Source: a virus (taxonomy: Duplodnaviria > Caudoviricetes). From it: DNA of 64,000 bases. Shown one piece after another: positions 20,169 to 26,405 of this stretch. The stretch is from positions 1-64,000 of IMG/VR virus record IMGVR_UViG_3300000727_000007, one strand, 5' to 3'. Within the stretch, counting starts at the first letter, position 1. Each line of letters begins with the position of its first letter. Position numbers and translations under genes: made by a program. The notes beneath the pieces were generated by a model. That model worked only from the letters and a program-made list of their open reading frames with translations. It had not been told where the DNA came from and did not search any database.

Positions 20169-20378
20169 ATGAAGTTCCGAGTGAAAATAAACAAAGTAGT
20201 CATTGAAGAAGTAGTAGAAGTTGAAGCAGATGACATAGACGAAGCGAAATGGAAAGCTATTAAAGATTATACACCAGTATCTGTTGAAGATGAATTTGGT
20301 AAATACGTAATAGAAGCTTTCCCGTGGGTTGATGAATCGGAATGTTTATTAAACCCTGAAGAAGGAAATGATTCATGA
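20169..20378 (+). CDS. small protein, DpnD/PcfM-like
   Basis: MKFRVKI...VEVEADDIDEA. Confidence 0.55.
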   Translation: MKFRVKINKVVIEEVVEVEADDIDEAKWKAIKDYTPVSVEDEFGKYVIEAFPWVDESECLLNPEEGNDS

Positions 20379-20400
20379 GCGGTTAGCTCATTATATTTTT

Positions 20401-20474
20401 GTCTCGGTGGCTCAATCAGGTACAGCGACGGACTGTTAATCCGTTATCTCCCGGTTCGAATCCGGGCTGAGACG
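20401..20474 (+). tRNA. tRNA-Asn(GTT)
   Basis: Cloverleaf; acgga-ctGTTaa-tccgt. Confidence 0.95.
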
Positions 20475-20502
20475 TTTCATAGTAACAAAATGGAGGTTTA
20501 TT

Positions 20503-20820
20503 ATGGAAGCAACAACAATAATTTACGCTGGAGCTATTTTTGGATATTTATTCCATATATTCCAAGAAGACGGCTATAGTCTAGCTCCGTATTGGCAGAA
20601 CGGTAAATTACAATTGAACATGGTAGTGTCTTTGATTATAGGTATTGTATCTATCATAGCCACAATACAGTCAGGAGCTTTCGCTGCTGTCGGTGCAACA
20701 CCATTAGAATTGTTCTTGAGCGCTGCCGCATTAGCAGGTGGTATACCATTTGCAATAAATACTGTGGTAACTAAAAGTACTTTAGGAAATACCACAACCG
20801 ATGAAGAAGGAGTAGCATAA
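20503..20820 (+). CDS. holin-like membrane protein
   Basis: About 3 hydrophobic helices, directly upstream of the endolysin. Confidence 0.65.
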   Translation: MEATTIIYAGAIFGYLFHIFQEDGYSLAPYWQNGKLQLNMVVSLIIGIVSIIATIQSGAFAAVGATPLELFLSAAALAGGIPFAINTVVTKSTLGNTTTDEEGVA

Positions 20821-20850
20821 ACCCTTCTCCCTCTTTTTAGGAGGCATTAA

Positions 20851-21603
20851 ATGACACAAGCAACATTTTTACAATATCAAGACGCAATGGAAAGAGTGTT
20901 GAGATATGACATTATTCACAATGGATTACCTAATTACGTAGAAGTCAATGGAGAAAAAATATCCAAAGCGGATTACATTGATGCAGTCAAGAGAGTACAA
21001 GCTTTCTTAGTTAAAGAGAAAGTAGACCCTAGATATGTTAATATGGGTGGTACAACATCGCCTGGTACAATAGTTCCAACTCCTATCCCTGTAACTAAAG
21101 GAGTCTATATTTGTCAAAGATATAGGCATAATATGGATCAGGGAACAGGTTATTGGTGCGCTCCTTTTACAGAAGCACAAATAATATATGAACTGTATGG
21201 GTTAGATGTAGCTCAAAGTTATTTAGCACAAGTTTCAGGAACCACAACTGATGGTACTGGACACCCAGGTATAATAAAAGGTTTAGAAACATGGGATGAT
21301 AAAGCAGGGCATGATGTTTCTGTGGATTTCCAGAACTTTAGTAGTACTGGATGGCAAAAATGCGCAGAAATGGTTGCAGACCCAAATATCGGTCTAGGAT
21401 TCCATGTTTTGTATAGAAACCACACAGGCTGGGGGCACTACATGTTTCCAGTGATTATAGACATGAACAAGAAACAAATAACTCTTATGGATAGTTTAAA
21501 TTCAACAGACATGATAACAGTGAGTTTTGCTGAATTTGAAAAATGGATTGCAAACACTCCATATAATCAACCATCATGTTTAATAGTCAAAAAAATAAAA
21601 TAA
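20851..21603 (+). CDS. pseudomurein endopeptidase (pseudomurein-binding repeats + C39-like cysteine peptidase; PeiR-like endolysin)
   Basis: Two PMBR-like repeats (YQDAMERV...LPNYV; YIDAVKRV...PRYV); DQGTGYWCAP, GHY, DSL catalytic motifs. Confidence 0.8.
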   Translation: MTQATFLQYQDAMERVLRYDIIHNGLPNYVEVNGEKISKADYIDAVKRVQAFLVKEKVDPRYVNMGGTTSPGTIVPTPIPVTKGVYICQRYRHNMDQGTGYWCAPFTEAQIIYELYGLDVAQSYLAQVSGTTTDGTGHPGIIKGLETWDDKAGHDVSVDFQNFSSTGWQKCAEMVADPNIGLGFHVLYRNHTGWGHYMFPVIIDMNKKQITLMDSLNSTDMITVSFAEFEKWIANTPYNQPSCLIVKKIK

Positions 21604-21615
21604 GGAGAGATTTAG

Positions 21616-21852
21616 ATGGAAGACGCAGATGTTAAATTAAAAGTATTCGATTTATTAATGGAACAACCAACTCTTAGTATGGCGGACGACCAACATTTTG
21701 TAGACTTGATATTCCACAAATTCGGAAGGATAGCTACAACCACACAGGTTGCAACAGCAAGAGAAGACATTAAGAAAATAGACTCTAAAGCTGATATTGA
21801 AGCTATACCAAGACCTGAAGCATGGGAACTTGGTAAAGACCCAAGAGAATAG
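21616..21852 (+). CDS. hypothetical protein
   Basis: AGGAG RBS. Confidence 0.6.
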   Translation: MEDADVKLKVFDLLMEQPTLSMADDQHFVDLIFHKFGRIATTTQVATAREDIKKIDSKADIEAIPRPEAWELGKDPRE

Positions 21853-21891
21853 TTGTGCAATGCACAACATTATTTTATTTTTTGAGTGGTG

Positions 21892-21908
21892 ACCGAAACC
21901 TTTATATA
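21892..21908 (+). promoter_or_regulatory. archaeal BRE+TATA promoter of the tRNA array
   Basis: ACCGAAACC-TTTATATA about 40 nt upstream of the first array tRNA. Confidence 0.75.
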
Positions 21909-21948
21909 ATCATAAAGAACATAGTATTAGTTCGCTGCTCATTTTATT

Positions 21949-22032
21949 AGGAAGGTGGCTGAGCCAGGCTAAAGGCGGAGGACTTAAGATCCTTTGTACG
22001 TAGGTGCGCGGGTTCGAATCCCGTCCTTCCTA
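21949..22032 (+). tRNA. tRNA-Leu(TAA)
   Basis: Cloverleaf with long variable arm. Confidence 0.93.
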
Positions 22033-22040
22033 TTCATTAA

Positions 22041-22125
22041 AGCAAGGTGGCTGAATCAGGTTCAGGCAGCGGGTTTAGGACCCGTGTTCTTAGTGACAAT
22101 GCGAGTTCAAATCTCGTCCTTGCTA
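22041..22125 (+). tRNA. tRNA-Leu(TAG)
   Basis: Cloverleaf with long variable arm. Confidence 0.93.
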
Positions 22126-22139
22126 TTTTTGGTGATAGA

Positions 22140-22302
22140 ATGCGAGTAGAACCAAGATATAGAAAATTGTATGCAGTTATTAATAATTTATTGTTTTGAT
22201 TATCCAACAATAAATGAACTCGAAATAGCAAACGTAACTGGATATGATATTAATATTATAAGAATTATGTTAAGGCGTTATTTTAAAGGCCGTATCGTCT
22301 AA
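22140..22302 (+). pseudogene. HTH gene interrupted by a +1 frameshift at TTT-TGA
   Basis: GGTGA RBS; 19 codons then TGA; the +1 frame continues DYPTINELEIANVTGYDINIIRIMLRRYF. Confidence 0.5.
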
Positions 22303-22359
22303 CGGTAAGATGCCACCCTTACAAGGTGGAGAGCGTGGGTTCGATTCCCCGTACGGCTA
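22288..22359 (+). tRNA. tRNA-Val(TAC)
   Basis: ccacc-ctTACaa-ggtgg. Confidence 0.93.
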
Positions 22360-22363
22360 TTAT

Positions 22364-22435
22364 GGGGTTATGGCATAGGTGGTGGTGCGGTCGCCTGCAG
22401 AGCGACTTACAGCGGTTCAACTCCGCTTAATCCCT
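22364..22435 (+). tRNA. tRNA-Cys(GCA)
   Basis: gtcgc-ctGCAga-gcgac, U73. Confidence 0.92.
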
Positions 22436-22436
22436 T

Positions 22437-22512
22437 GGCTGCATAGCAATAGTCTGGTTAATGCGCTTCATTGGTAATGAAGAGATCATGGGTTCGAATC
22501 CCATTGTAGCCT
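22437..22512 (+). tRNA. tRNA-Thr(GGT)
   Basis: cttca-ttGGTaa-tgaag. Confidence 0.93.
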
Positions 22513-22539
22513 TTGTTCTTTAAAAAGAACCAAATCAAA

Positions 22540-22636
22540 TGGACGGTTTCGTTGAAATAACACGAAGGACTAAAAGCTGTGAGGGTGCACTAGTAGCAGT
22601 TAGTAGGAATGGGAGCGCGCAAATTCCGCCGTCCAC
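22540..22636 (+). ncRNA. non-canonical cloverleaf (tRNA-like) RNA
   Basis: tggacgg/ccgtcca closing stem and three arms, without canonical D-loop GG or TTCRA motifs. Confidence 0.55.
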
Positions 22637-22639
22637 CGA

Positions 22640-22714
22640 GGACATATAGCTTAGTCTGGTTAAAGCAGTCGGCTCATAACCGAAAGATCGTAGGTTCAAA
22701 TCCTGCTATGTCCA
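22640..22714 (+). tRNA. tRNA-Ile2/Met(CAT)
   Basis: ctCATaa loop; body resembles archaeal Ile2. Confidence 0.88.
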
Positions 22715-22716
22715 TT

Positions 22717-22804
22717 GCATGGGTGGCAGAGTGGTTATTGCGCCGGACTGCTAATCCGGTGGTCCCGCAAAGGGGCCTCGCAAGTTCGAATCTTGTCCCA
22801 TGCG
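22717..22804 (+). tRNA. tRNA-Ser(GCT)
   Basis: Long variable arm, G73. Confidence 0.95.
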
Positions 22805-22806
22805 TA

Positions 22807-22879
22807 GCACGCATACGTTAGTCTGGTAGACTACAAGCCTTCCAAGCTTGGAACGGGGGTTCGAATCCCTCTGCGTGCA
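22807..22879 (+). tRNA. tRNA-Gly(TCC)
   Basis: caagc-ctTCCaa-gcttg. Confidence 0.92.
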
Positions 22880-22882
22880 TTA

Positions 22883-22957
22883 GGACGTGTGGCCTAGTCT
22901 GGTTAGGGCTCCGGTCTGATACACCGGCGATCGTAGGTTCAAATCCTACTGCGTCCA
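22883..22957 (+). tRNA. tRNA-Ile(GAT)
   Basis: ccggt-ctGATac-accgg. Confidence 0.93.
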
Positions 22958-23016
22958 TTTGTCTTACAAAAGTAGGACACATTTATTAGACCATAAATGG
23001 AGAAACATTCTTAAAT

Positions 23017-23103
23017 GCATGGGTGGCGGAGCGGTTAACGTGCCGGGCTGGAAACCCGGTGGTGCCTTCGGGTGCCACGCAGGTTCAAATCCTGTCCCAT
23101 GCG
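23017..23103 (+). tRNA. tRNA-Ser(GGA)
   Basis: Long variable arm, G73. Confidence 0.95.
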
Positions 23104-23128
23104 TTTTATTTAAAAGGAGATGGTACAT

Positions 23129-23293
23129 ATGCCAGATATAAATGTTTGTCCCAATTGTGGTTCAAAAGAAATTCAATATAAGAAATTAGAACAGAGAGAT
23201 AATTCTATTCCTTGCAGACCTGAAGTGTCTGAACAATTCTGCAGATGTTTTTCATGCCAATTCGTTTGGAATGGTAAAGTTTGTAATGACTAA
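23129..23293 (+). CDS. TFIIS/TFS-like zinc-ribbon protein (54 aa, not in ORF track)
   Basis: AGGAGATGG RBS; CPNCG...Y..L.QR......F.RC..C...W. Confidence 0.65.
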   Translation: MPDINVCPNCGSKEIQYKKLEQRDNSIPCRPEVSEQFCRCFSCQFVWNGKVCND

Positions 23294-23308
23294 TTTTCTT
23301 TTATTTTT

Positions 23309-23393
23309 GCCCAGGTGGCAGAGTGGTCTATTGTGACCGGCTTGAAACCGGTTGTCCAATCGGGCATCGCATGTTCAAATCATGTCCTGGGCG
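23309..23393 (+). tRNA. tRNA-Ser(TGA)
   Basis: accgg-ctTGAaa-ccggt, long variable arm. Confidence 0.93.
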
Positions 23394-23435
23394 TTACTTT
23401 TATATACTATAAGGAACAATGTCTTATAGTCGATA

Positions 23436-23510
23436 GGTGCCATAGTGTAGTCCGGTCTAGCATGGAGCTCTGTCACGGCTTCGACTCGGGTTCAAATCCC
23501 GATGGTACCG
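23436..23510 (+). tRNA. tRNA-Asp(GTC)
   Basis: ctGTCac loop, G73. Confidence 0.93.
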
Positions 23511-23514
23511 TTTT

Positions 23515-23588
23515 GGGTCTATAGTATAGTCTGACTAGTACGGGGGGCTTTTTACCCCTTGACCGGGGTTCAAATCCCCGTAGACTCA
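23515..23588 (+). tRNA. tRNA-Lys(TTT), atypical U37
   Basis: ggggg-ctTTTta-cccct. Confidence 0.85.
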
Positions 23589-23594
23589 CTTTTT

Positions 23595-23666
23595 GCTGAC
23601 GTAGTCTAGTGGTAAGGACGCTGGGTTTTCGACCCGGTAACCGGGGTTCAAATCCCCGCGCCAGCA
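23595..23666 (+). tRNA. tRNA-Glu(TTC)
   Basis: ctggg-ttTTCga-cccgg. Confidence 0.92.
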
Positions 23667-23668
23667 TT

Positions 23669-23740
23669 AGTTCCTTGGTGTAGTGGTAATCATGACGGAC
23701 TTTGGATCCGTTGACCTCGGTTCGACTCCGGGAGGAACTA
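23669..23740 (+). tRNA. tRNA-Gln(TTG)
   Basis: acgga-ctTTGga-tccgt; archaeal A1:U72. Confidence 0.93.
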
Positions 23741-23742
23741 TC

Positions 23743-23817
23743 AGCGACGTAGAACAGTATGGAGTGTTCGTTGGGCTCATGACCCAAAGGTCGCCAGTTC
23801 AAATCTGGTCGTCGCTA
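23743..23817 (+). tRNA. initiator tRNA-Met(CAT)
   Basis: A1:U72; GGG/CCC in the anticodon stem. Confidence 0.92.
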
Positions 23818-23980
23818 TTGGTTTAGAGACCAAACCCCGACTGACGAAAATAAATAAGTCTCTATCCCTTCGTCAGTTGTAAGCTGTACGTCCCCGGGCG
23901 GTGGCAGCGAAAAATGGGGGAGTTGGGAGTAAGTGATGGTACCAGAAGCTTACTCCCGGCAACGGGGAGATAATTCGTTT
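23818..23980 (+). ncRNA. unknown structured RNA with two potential pseudoknots
   Basis: GC-rich spacer with 10-12 bp hairpins and two loop-to-flank complementarities. Confidence 0.6.
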
Positions 23981-23981
23981 A

Positions 23982-24054
23982 GGGCGATTAGCTCAGTTGG
24001 GAGAGCACCCCGCTTGCAACGGGGAGGCCGTGGGTTCAAGTCCCACATTGTCCA
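23982..24054 (+). tRNA. tRNA-Ala(TGC)
   Basis: G3:U70; ccccg-ctTGCaa-cgggg. Confidence 0.94.
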
Positions 24055-24060
24055 TCATAT

Positions 24061-24135
24061 GGGCGCGTAGCTCAATTAGGCAGAGCGACCGACTCCAGAT
24101 CGGTAGGTTGCGGGTTCAATTCCCGCCGAGGCCCA
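24061..24135 (+). tRNA. tRNA-Trp(CCA), imperfect acceptor stem
   Basis: accga-ctCCAga-tcggt; one extra nucleotide in the 3' acceptor strand. Confidence 0.85.
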
Positions 24136-24142
24136 TTCATAT

Positions 24143-24217
24143 GGCATATATAGTGTTAACGGTTAGCACCCAACCCTGTGGAGGTTGAAGAGAGGGGTTC
24201 AATTCCCCCTATATGCC
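24143..24217 (+). tRNA. tRNA-His(GTG)
   Basis: Encoded G-1:C73; ctGTGga loop. Confidence 0.92.
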
Positions 24218-24222
24218 CTCAA

Positions 24223-24297
24223 GGGACTGTAGCTCAGTTGCGGGAGAGCGATCGGCTGAAGACCGATGTGCCATGGGTTCGACCCCCATCAGTCCCA
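24223..24297 (+). tRNA. tRNA-Phe(GAA)
   Basis: atcgg-ctGAAga-ccgat. Confidence 0.93.
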
Positions 24298-24305
24298 CTA
24301 TTTAG

Positions 24306-25088
24306 GTGATGAAAATGGATATGAAAGAAACAATAGTATTTGTAGGTAGATTAAAACAAGAAATACATGACAAAGAAGGGACTTTATTTAACGCCTATTT
24401 ATCAGGCTCTAAACTCTATGGATGGGATAGTTATAACTCCGATACAGATGTAAGAGGTATGTTTTCTCTGAATCCAAGGCGTTACTTAGGTTTAACTGTA
24501 CCAAAAGAAACCATACAACTACATCAAATAGGAGAAGAATATGACGTAGTTATGCATGAGTTAAGAAAGACAATAAACCTTGCATTAAAAGGGAACTGTA
24601 ACATACTTGAAGGTTTTAGCGCACCACAGATTTATAAAGACGCAAAATTCAAAGGGTTACAAAAACTTGTCCTCAATAGTTTTGGTAAAGATGGTTTATA
24701 CAACTCTTATAGAGGTATGGCTTGGCAGAATTATAAGAAATTTATCTTACAAGGAAGGAACACTGTTAAAAAATATCTGTACGTTTACAGAGGACTACTT
24801 GCAGGAAGGTATGTCTTAACCACTGGTAAGATAGAACCTAACATGGAAGTCCTCGCTAAGTATTTCCGCTGTGATAATGCGAAACATCTACTTAAAATAA
24901 AACGTGCAGGTTCTGAAAATGAACCTCTTAGCGAGTTAAAACAAGGAGATTTAGACTTAGAGATAAAAGAATTATTCGATAAAATCGATGATGCCTATGT
25001 TCTATCTGAATTACCAAGAAAACCAGAAGATGACGACGTAAAAGAAGTAGAAAACTATTTAATCAATTTAAGGTTAGAGGGCTTATAG
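24306..25088 (+). CDS. DNA-pol-beta-family nucleotidyltransferase (RlaP/YcgL-like, RNA-repair associated)
   Basis: SGSKLYG...SDTDVRG, HEL.K...LKGN.NILE, KKYLYVYR. Confidence 0.85.
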   Translation: MMKMDMKETIVFVGRLKQEIHDKEGTLFNAYLSGSKLYGWDSYNSDTDVRGMFSLNPRRYLGLTVPKETIQLHQIGEEYDVVMHELRKTINLALKGNCNILEGFSAPQIYKDAKFKGLQKLVLNSFGKDGLYNSYRGMAWQNYKKFILQGRNTVKKYLYVYRGLLAGRYVLTTGKIEPNMEVLAKYFRCDNAKHLLKIKRAGSENEPLSELKQGDLDLEIKELFDKIDDAYVLSELPRKPEDDDVKEVENYLINLRLEGL

Positions 25089-25152
25089 TATAATAGGATA
25101 GTGCTCCAGCCTTCGAAGCTGGCAAATGGGGGTTCGAGTCCCTCTAAGTCCT
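25079..25152 (+). tRNA. tRNA-Arg(TCG)
   Basis: ccagc-ctTCGaa-gctgg; overlaps the last codons of the upstream CDS. Confidence 0.9.
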
Positions 25153-25173
25153 TATTTTTTAATTTAATCGTAT

Positions 25174-25255
25174 GGCCTCGTAGCATAGCTTGGATGTGCA
25201 CCGGACTTCTAATCCGGGACTTCGGTCAGCGCGGGTTCAAATCCCGTCGAGGTCA
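25174..25255 (+). tRNA. tRNA-Arg(TCT) with an atypical long variable arm
   Basis: ccgga-ctTCTaa-tccgg followed by gac-TTCG-gtc; A20 present. Confidence 0.85.
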
Positions 25256-25305
25256 CTTCATTCTTACAGTGTAAGAATAACTGGAGGTGGTTAACATGTC
25301 TCTCA

Positions 25306-25388
25306 GTTGGCGACCAGAGCCCAGAAACTCTGGAGTGGCTATTGTGGCGCTACTAATCAATTCGCAATGCGTTGATTAGCGAACCAAC
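25306..25388 (+). promoter_or_regulatory. putative structured leader RNA
   Basis: gttgg/ccaac closing stem enclosing ccagag/ctctgg and ctaatcaa/ttgattag hairpins. Confidence 0.4.
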
Positions 25389-25406
25389 AATAAAGGGCGT
25401 GATTTT

Positions 25407-25955
25407 ATTAAGCGATTATATTTGTTTGCGATCGTTTTAGTCGCATTACTGATTAGTCTGCCTTTATCTTCAGCTACTTCGGTAGGGGCGTATGACGTTA
25501 AAGTAACAAGTAGTTATGTATCCTCAATTGCAAAGTGCAGTTGTGGAATGGGAACGTACAGTTATCATAAAGCTACGTTCAAAAATTATTGTCCAAATTG
25601 CCATCGTTATGGCACTTTACATTATGAAGTGGGTCCAGCCTCATGGACTTCACCAGAAGGAATGTGGTATTGTTCCTGCTGTGACATGGATTTCTGTGCT
25701 CAGTGTGGAAAAAGCCACGACGGTAGAGGAGTATGGCTCGTAAGAACGACAATCCCTAAGCCATTACCAAAAGTTGTAGTAAACAACACCAATCAAACAA
25801 ACGTAACAAACGCAACAGCGAATACAACAGCTGTAAACAATTCAACTCCTCACGGAATAACTCATCCGTTTTTATCTCAAATGACACACGAGCAATTGGA
25901 TGCTTTGGGTGTGTTAGTTAAAAAATCTTGGATGGGCGAAAGATTTATATATTAG
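25407..25955 (+). CDS. secreted Cys-rich protein (probable ATT start at 25407)
   Basis: Signal peptide (KRLYLFAIVLVALLISLPLSSA), NYCPNC...EG.WYC..CD.DFC..CG domain, Asn/Thr linker. Confidence 0.75.
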   Translation: MKRLYLFAIVLVALLISLPLSSATSVGAYDVKVTSSYVSSIAKCSCGMGTYSYHKATFKNYCPNCHRYGTLHYEVGPASWTSPEGMWYCSCCDMDFCAQCGKSHDGRGVWLVRTTIPKPLPKVVVNNTNQTNVTNATANTTAVNNSTPHGITHPFLSQMTHEQLDALGVLVKKSWMGERFIY

Positions 25956-25958
25956 ATC

Positions 25959-26110
25959 AGACACATTAGGATACAGAAGCATAAAGGGCAACAAAGAGAC
26001 AAGAAATTATGTCCACAAGCAGGGTGAAATGCCTGGGTAACGAACGAAGGGCATAATAAATTGGCTCTGTCCTTATCTTCAAATCTTCACATAAATTCAA
26101 TAATGTGCCT
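25959..26110 (+). ncRNA. unknown rod-like structured RNA
   Basis: Nested stems acatta/taatgt, gaag/cttc, ataaagggc/gtccttat, attatgtcc/gggcataat; apical cagg-gtgaaatg-cctg. Confidence 0.5.
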
Positions 26111-26114
26111 CTAG

Positions 26115-26188
26115 ATAAGGCTGCGATAGAGAAGAGATACTTCGACGCTTAACCGAAAACCCAAACTCTTCTCAATTGTTCTCCTTAT
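26115..26188 (+). ncRNA. candidate Y RNA 1 (minimal)
   Basis: ataagg/ccttat and gagaagag/ctcttctc stems; conserved GGCTGCGATAG...TACTTCG; upstream of Ro60. Confidence 0.7.
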
Positions 26189-26196
26189 AACACTCA

Positions 26197-26372
26197 TGGG
26201 CGGTGGCTGAATGGAAAAGCGCCAGAAGAAACAGTCTTATTGATTGTTCTTCTCGTTATCTATTTCACTCATATTATTGCCTCTTTGGTAACGAGACTGT
26301 GTAGATAAGACATACTTCGTTCAAGGAGCTGGTCGTCAAGAGACGTGTGGTGGTTCGAATCCACCCCGCCCA
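26197..26372 (+). ncRNA. tRNA-Leu-like scaffold with a permuted Y-RNA stem in place of the anticodon loop
   Basis: tgggcgg/ccgccca acceptor, D arm, cgtc/gacg variable arm, ggtgg-TTCGAAT-ccacc; about 100-nt insert carrying both halves of the repeat in swapped order. Confidence 0.75.
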
Positions 26373-26405
26373 ATTGACCGTTCAAGTTTCGGTCGGTTCA
26401 CATGG

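Noticed and set aside
23841-23914. Hammerhead, twister or HDV (theta) ribozyme
   Set aside because: CTGACGA is buried in a stem and stem II does not close on GAAA. The twister and HDV core motifs match only partially.
22037-24188. ORFs 22037..22231, 22609..22821, 22959..23141, 23315..23524, 23473..23802 and 23997..24188
   Set aside because: Shadow ORFs lying over tRNA genes.
25959-26110. RNase P or SRP RNA fragment (AGGGTGAAA)
   Set aside because: The conserved RNase P CR-I/CR-V and SRP helix-8 motifs are absent.
26226-26328. Ordinary tRNA intron
   Set aside because: No bulge-helix-bulge register was found, and no excision restores a canonical anticodon loop with U33.
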